Both the position numbers and the translations under genes were made by a program. A DNA stretch of 58,136 nt. Source: Candidatus Uhrbacteria bacterium. GTDB taxonomy: Bacteria > Patescibacteriota > Patescibacteriia > UBA9934. Location of the stretch: the NCBI GenBank assembly GCA_903848275.1, contig CAINGB010000009.1:1-58136 (forward strand), written 5' to 3'. Shown here in pieces: positions 1-9,678 of this stretch. Position 1 is the first letter of the stretch. Every line of letters starts with the position of its first letter. The notes beneath the pieces are model-generated. The model had not been told where the DNA came from, made no database searches, and saw only the letters and a program-made list of their open reading frames with translations.

Positions 1-491
1 AGATTGTTTGGTGGTTGGTTGACGAGGTCGCGAGCTAGGCTGACACCGTTGATGAGCGTCGCGGCACGGTCAAAGCCTTTGGTGGCCGAGGCGAGTTGCT
101 TACGGTCGACGATGATGTTGATGGAAGTGAGCTTGAGCTTGGCGTCCGACGGCTTTTTGAACTCGCTGTAGGAGTAGGTGGCGAGGAGGATGGCTTCGTG
201 AATAGCTTGGGCGAGTTCGTCGCTTGGGAATTCCTCGAGGCTCGGCAAGGCGATACTCAACGAGGAGATCTTGAGGGCGCGAGCTTGCGAGAGAGCAACA
301 CCAGTGGCTTCACGGATGACTTCGAGGTCGACTTTGGCCTCTTCGCCGAGGCCGACAGTTAGCAAATACTTGGCGTTACTGCCAACTGGAGCTGGTTCGA
401 TGAGAACTTCTGAAGCCTTCCCTTCCCCGAAACGGATGAGGACATCGTCAACCTGTTCTTCGAGTTTTCCGGTGACAAGTGAGATGTTCAT
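1..491 (-). CDS. pepA: Leucyl aminopeptidase (M17 family), N-terminal part; continues beyond window start
   Basis: Hand translation from ATG at 491: MNISLVTGKLEEQVDD...LLTVGLGEE...INGVSLARDLVNQPPN. ARDLVNxPxN is typical of M17 peptidases. Not in the ORF track because it is truncated. Confidence 0.85.
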   Translation of the reverse strand, partial: MNISLVTGKLEEQVDDVLIRFGEGKASEVLIEPAPVGSNAKYLLTVGLGEEAKVDLEVIREATGVALSQARALKISSLSIALPSLEEFPSDELAQAIHEAILLATYSYSEFKKPSDAKLKLTSINIIVDRKQLASATKGFDRAATLINGVSLARDLVNQPPNN

Positions 492-551
492 AGATTTTGT
501 TTGACTTTAAACTAAATAGAAAGTATCATAACGCCACAAACTTTCAACCCT

Positions 552-674
552 ATGCCTACACGCCATAAAATCGCCCGCAAGGCTGAACGCACTATCTGGA
601 AAGCAGCCAGGAAGACCGCGGAGGTCAAGCGCCGTAAGAGTAAGGCAATTCGCCTCAAAAAGCTAGCAAAATAG
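552..674 (+). CDS. Small, very basic 40-aa protein
   Basis: ATG..TAG ORF MPTRHKIARKAERTIWKAARKTAEVKRRKSKAIRLKKLAK, followed directly by a terminator-like hairpin. Confidence 0.55.
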   Translation: MPTRHKIARKAERTIWKAARKTAEVKRRKSKAIRLKKLAK

Positions 675-675
675 C

Positions 676-702
676 AAAAACGAGCCTTTGGGCTCGTTTT
701 CT
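676..702 (+). terminator. Intrinsic terminator
   Basis: aaaacgagcc-tttg-ggctcgtttt hairpin followed by T-rich tail. Confidence 0.7.
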
Positions 703-831
703 CTTTAGCCTCAAAATGGGTCAGGACTGGACAAACATTCGGAAATGTGGTATAGTGTGGCCAAGCAAAATAGACCCCGCGTGAAGAAATTCTGCGAGCC
801 TAGATTTGCAGAAATATTTAACCCACACACT

Positions 832-1029
832 ATGCAAGGAACAATCAAGCGTTTGACTGACCGCGGTTTTGGCTTCATCGCCCCAGAAGATGGTAGCGCA
901 GACCTTTTCTTTCACTCAACTGAGCTCGTAGGCGTTGCCTTCGATGAACTCCGTGAAGGTGACAAGGTAACTTTCGAAGTTGCCCAGTCAGACAAGGGTC
1001 CTAAGGCCGTCGGCGTTTCCCGCGCCTAA
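832..1029 (+). CDS. csp: Cold-shock protein (CspA family)
   Basis: MQGTIKRLTDRGFGFI...LFFHSTEL: RNP1/RNP2 motifs; 65 aa from ATG 832. Confidence 0.95.
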   Translation: MQGTIKRLTDRGFGFIAPEDGSADLFFHSTELVGVAFDELREGDKVTFEVAQSDKGPKAVGVSRA

Positions 1030-1040
1030 GCTTTTCCCTC

Positions 1041-1070
1041 AAGAGCACCCCTTCGGGGGTGTTTTTGTTT
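1041..1070 (+). terminator. Intrinsic terminator after csp
   Basis: gcacccc-ttcg-ggggtgt followed by ttttgttt. Confidence 0.8.
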
Positions 1071-1105
1071 GTCCAAAATGATTTTCCGTGCTAGACTCTC
1101 CCCCT

Positions 1106-2344
1106 ATGAAGATTGCAATCATTGGTGGTGGAGCAGCTGGGCTGATGGCCACGGCGAGTGTACTCGAGGCTAATCCTAGCGCCGAGGTGTTTTTGCTTGA
1201 CCGCAATGACGGGCTGGGCAAGAAAGTCATCATCTCCGGTGGTGGACGTTGCAATGTCACGACTGGTATTCACGACATTAAAACTGTTTTGAGCAAGTAC
1301 CCACGCGGCCACAAGTTTTTGGCGACGGCCATGCATTCGTTCTCACCAGCGGATGTTTACAAGTGGTTCGAGCTGCACGGAGTTCCCCTGAAAACACAGG
1401 AGGATTTGCGCTGCTTCCCGGTCAGTAATGATGGGCATGACGTGGTAGGTGCTTTCGAAAAGATTTTTGCAGCTTCGGCGGTTAATATTCTACTGAAGAC
1501 GAGCGTGACGTCGATTAGTAAACTCGGCGAGCAGTTCGCAATTACGTTGAAAGATAAGACCGAGCCATTAATTGTCGACAAAGTTATTTTGACCACTGGC
1601 GGCCAGGCTTACCGCCAAACAGGATCGACGGGTGACGGCTATGCTTTTGCTGTCGGCCTCGGTCATTCCATTACTCCCCTCGCACCCAGCCTCAACGCTT
1701 TTTTCAGTAAAGAAACTTGGCCGGCGGAAATTTCTGGTTTGTCGTTTAAGAAAGCGACGATTACTGCTAACCGGACAGGCAAGCCAAGCTTTACCGGTCC
1801 GTTCCTCTTCACACACAAGGGCGTCAGCGGTCCGGCTATTTTTGCGCTGTCGTCGATGGTGGCGTTTGAGAAGTACGATCATAACCTCCCATTGGCGATT
1901 ACGATCGATTTATTTCCAGATCAATCGCATGAACAGCTCCGCGCTTTGCTCAACAAAAAAATTGTTGGTAGCCCCAACCGCGAGTTCGTGAACGTAATTA
2001 GCAGCATCATTCCGAAATCGCTCGCCGATATTGCGGTGAATGAACTCAAACTCCCAGGCAAACGCTTCAGTGCCGAAGTCGGCAAGAAAGACATGGTGGC
2101 GTTCCTCAACTGGTGCAAGGCCGTGCCATTGACGATTGTTGGCCGTGGCGCTGGTGATGAGTTTGTGACGGCTGGCGGCGTCAACTTGCATGAGGTGAAT
2201 CCGGTGACGATGGAGTCGCTGATTACGCCCGGCCTGTTTTTTGCGGGCGAGATTTTGGACGTTGATGGTTTTACTGGTGGCTTCAATTTGCAAGCTAGTT
2301 GGGCGACCGGCCGCCTAGCTGGGAGTCATGCGGCTCGGTTCTAA
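1106..2344 (+). CDS. HI0933/YhiN/BaiN-family NAD(P)/FAD-dependent oxidoreductase
   Basis: GGGAAG dinucleotide motif, SGGGRCNVT, LFTHKGVSGP, VTAGGV, GEILDVDGFTGGFNLQ. Confidence 0.92.
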   Translation: MKIAIIGGGAAGLMATASVLEANPSAEVFLLDRNDGLGKKVIISGGGRCNVTTGIHDIKTVLSKYPRGHKFLATAMHSFSPADVYKWFELHGVPLKTQEDLRCFPVSNDGHDVVGAFEKIFAASAVNILLKTSVTSISKLGEQFAITLKDKTEPLIVDKVILTTGGQAYRQTGSTGDGYAFAVGLGHSITPLAPSLNAFFSKETWPAEISGLSFKKATITANRTGKPSFTGPFLFTHKGVSGPAIFALSSMVAFEKYDHNLPLAITIDLFPDQSHEQLRALLNKKIVGSPNREFVNVISSIIPKSLADIAVNELKLPGKRFSAEVGKKDMVAFLNWCKAVPLTIVGRGAGDEFVTAGGVNLHEVNPVTMESLITPGLFFAGEILDVDGFTGGFNLQASWATGRLAGSHAARF

Positions 2345-2385
2345 GACTTATGAGACCACTAGGACCTATGGTAAAATAGTTCCGT

Positions 2386-2889
2386 ATGAGAGTACCTGTC
2401 CGGCAATCTGAAGTCCTAGCTCAAAGCAAAAAGGTCGACGACCATCACCTGACGCGCGGCACCATGGAACGCATGCGCCAGGAGATTTTAAGGTTGACCA
2501 AGGAACGTCCAGCCTTATCGGCGGAGATGCAGCGCACGGCGGAAGAAGGCGACTTTTCCGAGAACGCTGGTTATCAGGCGGCTAAAGCTGCACTTCGTCG
2601 ACTCAATAGTCGGATTACTTATTTAGATGAACAGCTGCGTTTTGCGATTCCGATTGATCAGGACACGGATGATGGCAAAGTTCATGTGGGTTCCAAGGTA
2701 ACGGTTGAAGTGAATGGTAAGACAATGGAGCTCGAGATTCTCGGCTCGCAAGAAAGTAGCCCGGGCAAGGGTCGCATTTCTCACCTCTCCCCGCTTGGCG
2801 TCGCACTCATTGGTCACAGTGTTGGGGATGAAATCGAATTCGAGACGCCGAGCGGTCGAGTGATTTACAAACTACTTAAGTGTACCTAG
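2386..2889 (+). CDS. GreA/GreB-family transcription elongation factor
   Basis: GDFSENAGYQAAK motif; C-terminal ISHLSPLGVALIG. Confidence 0.92.
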   Translation: MRVPVRQSEVLAQSKKVDDHHLTRGTMERMRQEILRLTKERPALSAEMQRTAEEGDFSENAGYQAAKAALRRLNSRITYLDEQLRFAIPIDQDTDDGKVHVGSKVTVEVNGKTMELEILGSQESSPGKGRISHLSPLGVALIGHSVGDEIEFETPSGRVIYKLLKCT

Positions 2890-4356
2890 ATCCAGGAATT
2901 GATTGAAAGTAATCTTGCTAACGAAGTCGGGGACGTGGCTGACCATGATCATGGCGCCTTCGAATTTTTGGAGAGCTTCAGCGATGACCGGGAGGTGGCG
3001 GAAGTTGATGTGGTTAGTTGGCTCGTCGAGAATGAGGAGGCCTGGTTTCTGCAAGACGAAACGAGCGAAGCAGAGCAAACCTTTTTGACCTTCGGAAAGT
3101 GAACCGACTTTGTTGGCCAGCAAGTCGCCGGTTAGCAAGAACTGGGAAGCGACGGCGCGGAGTTTTTCGTTAGCGGCTGGATTATTCTGGACGTCCTGCA
3201 CGTCGCCTTCATTCTCCATCATGCTAGCGAGCGAGGCGTAGGCGGTTTGGTTGAAGTCGAGGCCGGAGAAATCCTGGCGATAGTAGCCAACGTTGACGCC
3301 CTTGGTGATAGTCACGCCTTCGTCCGTGTTCTCGGCCAACAAACGCAAGAGCGTACTCTTACCGATACCGTTCGGGCCGGAGATGAGTAAGCGATGACGA
3401 CGACGGAGAGCGATTTTTACCTCCTTACGTTCGGCTTCGTGATTCTTGATGATTTTAACGCTGTTAATTTCGACCATTGGTTCGCCAAAGTCCTGAGTAG
3501 GAATAACGAAGTCGCGAATGGTGCGGTCGTCGCGTTTGACGTCGACCATGTTCTCTTCCGCGTCCGCCACTTGGTCACGCAACTTACTGGCGAGCTTACG
3601 CATCTTGCCTCCCTTTTGCGCGAAGAAGTTGATCTTGTCCTTGCGGTCTTGAATCTCCTTGAGCAAACGGGCGTTCTTCATGCGATCACGTTCAACACGG
3701 GCGGTGATTTCTTCCACCACGTCAAAATAGTTACCCTCGTAACGGTCGACCTTGTGACTGTAAACGTCCAAGTGCAACACACCTTCAGTGAACGCGTTCA
3801 AGAAGTCGGCGTCATGGGAAATGACCAAAACGGTCTTCATGTACATCATGAGGAAACCGGTGAGGTGCTCAATGCCGGCCGTGTCCAAGTTGTTAGTTGG
3901 CTCGTCGAGGAGCAAGATGTCTGGGTCTTGAATGAGGGCGTAGGCGAGGAGCAAACGGGCTTGCTGACCGCCGGAGAAGTCCTTGATCTGTTTATCGAGC
4001 GGGATCTTCATGTCGACGATGTCCATGACATCCTTAATCTGTTGGTCGAGATTATACTGGAGTTCTGGGAAGGCATGGGCAAAGAATTCCTGGACGGTGT
4101 CATTCAGCCATTCGCGAGGTACGACCTGAGTAGCGATGGCGATCTTGGCGTTTTTAGCAAAGTGGATTTGGCCTTCGTCGGGCTTGAGGGCGCCAGTTAG
4201 TAACTTGAAAATTGTGCTCTTGCCGGCCCCGTTTTGGCCCATAACCGTCATTTTACTGTTCTCACGAACGCCAAAATTAACCTCTTCCAGAAGCAAATTG
4301 TCTTTGTCGTAACCAAACGACACGTTTTCAAAGCGGACGACGACGTTCTCGGCCAT
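2872..4356 (-). CDS. ABC-F family ATP-binding protein
   Basis: Two ABC domains (GQNGAGKST/FSGGQ/LLDEPTNNLD and GPNGIGKST/LSEGQ/LDEPTNH) and no TM segments. Start set at ATG 4356. Confidence 0.92.
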   Translation of the reverse strand: MAENVVVRFENVSFGYDKDNLLLEEVNFGVRENSKMTVMGQNGAGKSTIFKLLTGALKPDEGQIHFAKNAKIAIATQVVPREWLNDTVQEFFAHAFPELQYNLDQQIKDVMDIVDMKIPLDKQIKDFSGGQQARLLLAYALIQDPDILLLDEPTNNLDTAGIEHLTGFLMMYMKTVLVISHDADFLNAFTEGVLHLDVYSHKVDRYEGNYFDVVEEITARVERDRMKNARLLKEIQDRKDKINFFAQKGGKMRKLASKLRDQVADAEENMVDVKRDDRTIRDFVIPTQDFGEPMVEINSVKIIKNHEAERKEVKIALRRRHRLLISGPNGIGKSTLLRLLAENTDEGVTITKGVNVGYYRQDFSGLDFNQTAYASLASMMENEGDVQDVQNNPAANEKLRAVASQFLLTGDLLANKVGSLSEGQKGLLCFARFVLQKPGLLILDEPTNHINFRHLPVIAEALQKFEGAMIMVSHVPDFVSKITFNQFLDLGTLK

Positions 4357-4634
4357 AAGAGGAGGATTGGGTGCTAGGGGTAAAAGGGCTGTAGTAAACC
4401 ACAAAATATAGGTTTTGGCAAGTATGGGCTCGGGGTTGCTATACTGCGCTCGGCCTTAGTTTGCGGGTCCTGCCGACTGCGGACCCCGTTCGGTGCTCGC
4501 AAGCTGCGCGCCGCCCAGGGGCCTCCCTCCGCGTCACCCGCTAAAAGATTTCGAGGTCATCGGCCATCGCCCGCTGCTAAAGGCTTCCGTCTGGCTAAAT
4601 TATGATACAATGAAGAAAATTATTATAAAATTTT

Positions 4635-5741
4635 ATGGTGAATCGTACTTGGCCATGGGTGCTTGGTAGTGTGGCGGTGGTGGTGCTAGCTGTCATGGTG
4701 TTTGTAGTCAGCTTGCTTAGTACACCGAACACAAATACCGACGTAACTTTAGACAATAACGGAACCACACCGGGAAATACTACCGGAACAGATACTGGGA
4801 CATCGACCGGGACAACGACGCCAAAAACAAAACAACCTTTTGTCATCACGACCATGACTCACATGGAGAGTGCTTTTACGGATGATGTTAACGAAAGAGC
4901 TTTTACTAAGCATGTAGCCGATATGCGCTGGGCCATGGACCTGTTTGACGAGTACGGTGCTAAGTTAACTTTTGAAAGCGAGCAATCATTCGCCAAGGCT
5001 AACACCAATTGGGGTCTCAATATCCTTAAAGAAGTTGTTAACCGTGGCCATGGCGTTGGCACGCACGCTGACTTCGGAGCTGGATCTGGCAATAAACTAA
5101 CACTCGACCAACTGACGGCGGATTTTGTAGCCAACAAAACCCTGGTCGATAACTTGGTGGGTGCTAGTAATAACCAAGGCGTATCAGGAGGTACTGGGCC
5201 AACAGATTGGGTGCTAGCTGCGGCCGCCGCTGGCTTCAAGTATATGGATGCAGTGACTGGTTTTGGCTATTTGTCCATGCCAGTTAATGCCCGACCAGCT
5301 GATTGGACTAATTCCTATATTCTGAGTACCGGCTATCATGATTCTATCCCACCAAACTTAGAAGATCGTATTTACCCTTTGCCGCTAAAGGATGCAAAGG
5401 ATTTAAAACCTGATACCGATCCAGCGATTACGGTCATGAGTGGTGACCTAGGCGAATTATCTAGCTTGGCCGAGGGACGTAGTAACTGCTTCCCTAATTG
5501 TAATTTTGATCAAGCTGACGTTGACGTAGTCGTGAAAGACATCGACGAAATTATTGCTAACCGCGACCAATCGCGCTTTGCTAAAGTAAATTTCCATATT
5601 CCTATGGACTTGCTGGTCAAGAGTAAGGAAACGGAATTGCGTGCCTTGCTCTCCGCTATCAAAAAATATACGGACGCTGGAACGCTCTCTTGGGATACAC
5701 AGCTCGGTGCCTACAAACAGTACGAGAGTTCACTGAAATAA
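4635..5741 (+). CDS. Membrane-anchored exported protein, polysaccharide-deacetylase-like fold possible
   Basis: N-terminal TM helix, Thr/Gly linker, then THME, GAKLTFE and GHGVGTHAD, which resemble NodB-type metal motifs. Confidence 0.5.
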   Translation: MVNRTWPWVLGSVAVVVLAVMVFVVSLLSTPNTNTDVTLDNNGTTPGNTTGTDTGTSTGTTTPKTKQPFVITTMTHMESAFTDDVNERAFTKHVADMRWAMDLFDEYGAKLTFESEQSFAKANTNWGLNILKEVVNRGHGVGTHADFGAGSGNKLTLDQLTADFVANKTLVDNLVGASNNQGVSGGTGPTDWVLAAAAAGFKYMDAVTGFGYLSMPVNARPADWTNSYILSTGYHDSIPPNLEDRIYPLPLKDAKDLKPDTDPAITVMSGDLGELSSLAEGRSNCFPNCNFDQADVDVVVKDIDEIIANRDQSRFAKVNFHIPMDLLVKSKETELRALLSAIKKYTDAGTLSWDTQLGAYKQYESSLK

Positions 5742-5751
5742 CGGCTAGGTT

Positions 5752-6861
5752 ATGAAATCACATCACCGCGCGTTGATAGCCCTAGGAGCTTTAGTGACTG
5801 TCGCCCTTATCTGCACATTCGTCTGGTTAATTGTTCTGACCTCTGCTAAACCGGCAGCTGAACCCGTGGCCGATGGGACAAATACACCGTCAACAACGAA
5901 ACCTAAGTCGGCGCAAATCGTCTTTGGTGCTGACTTTAGCAATAATAAAGGTTGTGATACTCATGGCAACGCCGGGTGTGATGTCTTTCTGGCTGACATT
6001 ACGCTCGACGGCACCGTGTCGACAATTAAACAATTAACGAGTCTTGATGGCTCCGAGGTCTTCCCAACATTTTCCACCGATGCTAAGACGATTTATACCA
6101 ATGCTTGGAGTACACCTAAACAAGCAAATGTGGAATGGATTGACGTGGCCAGCGGTAGATCTGGAGTCCTGCAAACTGGAGCACGGGGCTTAGCGCCGTT
6201 GCCTGACGGTAAACGAGCTGTGTATGCGCCACTCGCGGCCAATTCCCCGCTGATGATGGCAGACTTGGCGACGCCGACGACGCTCGCTAATCCGGTGGCG
6301 ATTACTGGACCGGGTGACTTTAACGAGCCACATGCTTCCTCGCTTGGTGATATTGTTTTCTACGAACTCTTTGGGGCTGGCAAAGGTAGCAACACTGCTC
6401 AACCGGAAATCTATCAACTGAGCACTGGCAAGATTTTTAACCTGGAACAAGGTGGTGGCGCGCATTGTTTCTGGGGATTCGGCGGACTAGCAGCTTATTG
6501 CAACAACCTAGAAATTTACCAAGGGATTCAAAAATGGTCCTTCATTAATGGCGTGGTTGGTCCAGCTGTGGGTGCCGTTCACCATCCAAAAATTGCACAA
6601 GCAATGGCCGCAGACGCTGATTATGCGGATTGCAAATCGGCTTCGTTCGCTTATGGCAGTTTTTGTGATGCAGATCATTTGGTTGTAACTATGGGCTGCG
6701 GAACGAAAACAACAGACGGAATTGCTACGACGATGTCCAAGATTGTCCTTTTAGACCTGACGCAAAAACCACCTACCATCATCCCACTCGGCAAGAACTT
6801 GGCTGACGCGTTTGGCGGACCGGGTGGGTCGTCTTATACGGCGAGTTGTCGGATGAAATAA
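5752..6861 (+). CDS. Membrane-anchored exported protein, TolB/PD40-like beta-propeller possible
   Basis: N-terminal TM helix; QLTSLDGSEVFPTFSTDAKTIY resembles a PD40 repeat; paired Cys. Confidence 0.5.
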   Translation: MKSHHRALIALGALVTVALICTFVWLIVLTSAKPAAEPVADGTNTPSTTKPKSAQIVFGADFSNNKGCDTHGNAGCDVFLADITLDGTVSTIKQLTSLDGSEVFPTFSTDAKTIYTNAWSTPKQANVEWIDVASGRSGVLQTGARGLAPLPDGKRAVYAPLAANSPLMMADLATPTTLANPVAITGPGDFNEPHASSLGDIVFYELFGAGKGSNTAQPEIYQLSTGKIFNLEQGGGAHCFWGFGGLAAYCNNLEIYQGIQKWSFINGVVGPAVGAVHHPKIAQAMAADADYADCKSASFAYGSFCDADHLVVTMGCGTKTTDGIATTMSKIVLLDLTQKPPTIIPLGKNLADAFGGPGGSSYTASCRMK

Positions 6862-6874
6862 TTATCGATCATTA

Positions 6875-6902
6875 CAGAAGCCCGGCTTAAGCCGGGCTTC
6901 TG
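6875..6902. terminator. Bidirectional terminator-like perfect palindrome between convergent genes
   Basis: cagaagcccggctt|aagccgggcttctg, 28-bp perfect inverted repeat. Confidence 0.7.
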
Positions 6903-6910
6903 GGTTTACA

Positions 6911-8599
6911 CTATTTCTTTGTCGAGTATAGGAGTCGCGCTAGGCGAATCAGGTCGTAAGCGTAGAAGCCGTTGAAGTGTTCGTAGATTGGTTTGAGGAA
7001 TTCGGGGTTGAGGCCAGCTACGAAGGCAGTGTGGATTTCGTTAATGCCGGGGATGAAGAGCAAGTGATTGAGGTCGCTAATGACGATCTTCTTGAGGGCC
7101 AGCAAGTCGTCGATATGGTCCATGATAGTACTTGGCTTGCGGTCGAGGGTGGTGCAAATTTCGTCGATGGTTTTCTGATTACAAATGAGGTCGAGAGTTT
7201 TTTGCCATTTTGGTTCCTTTACCTTTTTGGCTTTTTTGATGCGCGGGGCTTTGTCGCCAAAGAGTTTAAACGCACTAGTGGTACCGCCGCAGTTAGCAAT
7301 GAAGGCTTCGTGCTGAGCTAGCAATTCGTCGGCGTTAACCTCAAGTAACGTGGCTTGGGCGTTATTACTTGACTCCAAAAATTTGGCGTCTTCCTGTAGT
7401 ACGTTCTCGTCCACCTCGAGTGCTCGAGCGTTTAGGCCACCAAGGTACAAGCCAGCGAGCGTACGAACACGAGAAAGGGCGACATAACCTTGGCCGTAAG
7501 CGAAGGCCTGGCTTAAGTCGACAAAGGCGGCGTCAAGCGACATGCCCTGGCTTTTGTGCACGGTCATGGCCCAGGCTAAACGAAGCGGCAACTGAATGAC
7601 GCTCGCCAGTGGCCGGCCATCACCGTCAATACTCCAGGTGTCTGGCGTGACCTGAATGCGGCGGCCGGAACGCAGCTCGACAATGGGATATTTGTTCTCG
7701 CTAGCGAAGTCTTTAACGACGCCGGTGGTGCCGTTAACGAAGCCTTCGTCAAAATGATTTTTCGTGAACATGACGCGCGCACCAACCTTGAGGACCAACT
7801 TGTCCGGTGACAAACAGCCGCGCTTGAGCTGCTCGATGAGTGGTGGCGCACCGTGGCCGGCCATGGCATAGCTGTGTTCTTTGCCGAGCAGCTTAGCGAG
7901 ATGCGTGGCGTTGATGCGGTCGACGTCGGCGTTATGTGGGAAGAGCGTGGTAATGTCCGTGGTTTCGGTACGCGGAATTTGACGCGCGGTGAGGTGGCGC
8001 AAGTGATCTTCGTCCAGGCTGCCGTTACGGAGAGCAGCTAAGATACTGAGGAACGTTTCGTCCTCTTGACGGTGCTGTTCGCTCAAGTAGCAGACTGTTG
8101 GCTCGGCGTGCTGCCAGGCGTCGCTCATAAAGGCGAACTGAGGCATTGGTTCGTCTTGGCGCGAAACTGGCGGTAACTGGAAGAAGTCGCCGACAAAAAC
8201 CACTTGGAGGCCGCCGAAGGGTTGCATGGATTTACGGAGTGCTTGGCAAACTTGGTTAACGAGGTTCAACGTTGAGCCACTCAGCATCGAAATCTCGTCG
8301 ATGATGAGGACTTGCGTTTCGTTCATTCTTTTGACGAGTCGACTAACGCCGAGCAGGTCCTGCAACTCGCCGCGGGATAGCGATTTTTTGATGCCGATGC
8401 CGGCCCAGGAATGGATGGTGAGGCCGTTGATGTGGGTAGCAGCAATGCCCGTCGACGCGGTGATAGCTGGTTCGACGCCACAGCTACGCAAATACGCCAC
8501 ATAACGGTTGACCGTATGGGATTTACCAGCACCTGGTTGACCTGTTAAAAATACGTTTCGTCCGGTTTTCAAGATGGCCAAAGCCTCAGTTTGCAACAT
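6911..8599 (-). CDS. PIF1-family (SF1B) helicase with C-terminal helical/HTH domain
   Basis: TGQPGAGKS Walker A, IIDEISM, VGDFFQLPPV, QLPLRLAWAMTVHKSQGMSLD, GQGYVALSRV. Confidence 0.92.
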   Translation of the reverse strand: MLQTEALAILKTGRNVFLTGQPGAGKSHTVNRYVAYLRSCGVEPAITASTGIAATHINGLTIHSWAGIGIKKSLSRGELQDLLGVSRLVKRMNETQVLIIDEISMLSGSTLNLVNQVCQALRKSMQPFGGLQVVFVGDFFQLPPVSRQDEPMPQFAFMSDAWQHAEPTVCYLSEQHRQEDETFLSILAALRNGSLDEDHLRHLTARQIPRTETTDITTLFPHNADVDRINATHLAKLLGKEHSYAMAGHGAPPLIEQLKRGCLSPDKLVLKVGARVMFTKNHFDEGFVNGTTGVVKDFASENKYPIVELRSGRRIQVTPDTWSIDGDGRPLASVIQLPLRLAWAMTVHKSQGMSLDAAFVDLSQAFAYGQGYVALSRVRTLAGLYLGGLNARALEVDENVLQEDAKFLESSNNAQATLLEVNADELLAQHEAFIANCGGTTSAFKLFGDKAPRIKKAKKVKEPKWQKTLDLICNQKTIDEICTTLDRKPSTIMDHIDDLLALKKIVISDLNHLLFIPGINEIHTAFVAGLNPEFLKPIYEHFNGFYAYDLIRLARLLYSTKK

Positions 8600-8749
8600 A
8601 GTGGGAGTATTGTAGCACAGATATAGTTAGTAGTTGGTAGTCGGTAGTTTGTGGTCCAGATATGGACAAAAACTAGATTTTCTGCTATAATTGCTGGTCA
8701 TGGAGCTTCCCTCTTGGGCCTAATTATAGGGCCTAAACGGGAGGCTTTC

Positions 8750-9082
8750 ATGAAAGAAAACGACAACAAACTCAAGCGCGTTTTGCGCGAGAGTATCCTT
8801 CCAAACATCAAAAACTGGTTCACGACCAGGCTTCTCGTCTGTCACCAAGGCTGGCTCTGGGCTGGTCTCGGTCTGTGGTTGGGAGCCGATCTCCTGCAGA
8901 ATCTAGGCGCTATGTTCTTCGGGGTTATCCCCTACATCGGTCAGATGCTGATCGACACTCTACTCGACCCCATCATGACGTTTGTCCTTGGCCCCCTGCC
9001 AATCGCTTGTGGCCTGGAGCTGCTCCGTCGCTGGAGCATCTTTGTACCGGTCGATGACAACAACAAAAACGACGCCCGCTAA
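8750..9082 (+). CDS. Hypothetical membrane protein
   Basis: ATG 8750 preceded by GGAGG; hydrophobic segments; followed by a hairpin. Confidence 0.6.
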   Translation: MKENDNKLKRVLRESILPNIKNWFTTRLLVCHQGWLWAGLGLWLGADLLQNLGAMFFGVIPYIGQMLIDTLLDPIMTFVLGPLPIACGLELLRRWSIFVPVDDNNKNDAR

Positions 9083-9096
9083 GGCGCCGTTCGCTC

Positions 9097-9132
9097 GACC
9101 ACCCCGATCTCGTCGGGGTGGTTCTGCTTTTT
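9097..9132. terminator. Terminator-like hairpin between convergent genes
   Basis: accaccccga-tctcg-tcggggtggt followed by tctgcttttt. Confidence 0.6.
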
Positions 9133-9143
9133 ACTGGAATTTT

Positions 9144-9611
9144 CTAGGACTCGAATTCTTCGTCTTCGATTGGGGCACCGGCCAAGGCTTTCAAGATGAG
9201 GTCCAGCTTGGCGTTGATCATTTTGAGCTGGGCAGCTGAGTCGTCATGTGGGCGGCTCTCGTACTTTGGCTTGTCGCCGTAGTCAGCGCGCTTGCTGAAG
9301 CTTGGGCGATCACGACGCTCATTACCGAACGCGCCTGGCTCACGACGTGAGTTACCAAAGGCACCTGGTTCGCGCTGCTGTTCGCCGTCTTCGCGGACAA
9401 AACAGTTGCTGCAGAAGATTGGCTTCTTGCCGTTTGGTTTGAAGGGAACTTCACAACGCTCGTTGCACTTGGTGCAGGTGGCTGGGTGCATGGTTACTGG
9501 ACCCTTATTTTCACCACGGCTAGCGCCGAAACCTCCTTCACGCTTGGCGTATCCTCCCTTGCCCCCTGGCTTATATCCTCCCTTACTTCCGCCAAACTTC
9601 TTACCAAACAT
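9144..9611 (-). CDS. CxxC-x17-CxxC domain protein
   Basis: MHPATCTKCNERCEVPFKPNGKKPIFCSNCF. Confidence 0.9.
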   Translation of the reverse strand: MFGKKFGGSKGGYKPGGKGGYAKREGGFGASRGENKGPVTMHPATCTKCNERCEVPFKPNGKKPIFCSNCFVREDGEQQREPGAFGNSRREPGAFGNERRDRPSFSKRADYGDKPKYESRPHDDSAAQLKMINAKLDLILKALAGAPIEDEEFES

Positions 9612-9678
9612 AACTTTTTTTGCTAATTATAGATGAATCTTGGCGAACCATACAGTAGTTAGCCAAAAAAGGCAAGGG

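Noticed and set aside
3394-4200. Long antisense ORFs (e.g. 3394..4200, 21170..21967, 27474..28112, 30985..31584, 41907..42512)
   Set aside because: They are shadows of well-supported genes on the opposite strand and show no recognisable motifs.
9320-9375. Duplicated REPGAFGN peptide in the CxxC-x17-CxxC protein
   Set aside because: Short tandem duplication in a low-complexity linker; no evidence of special function.
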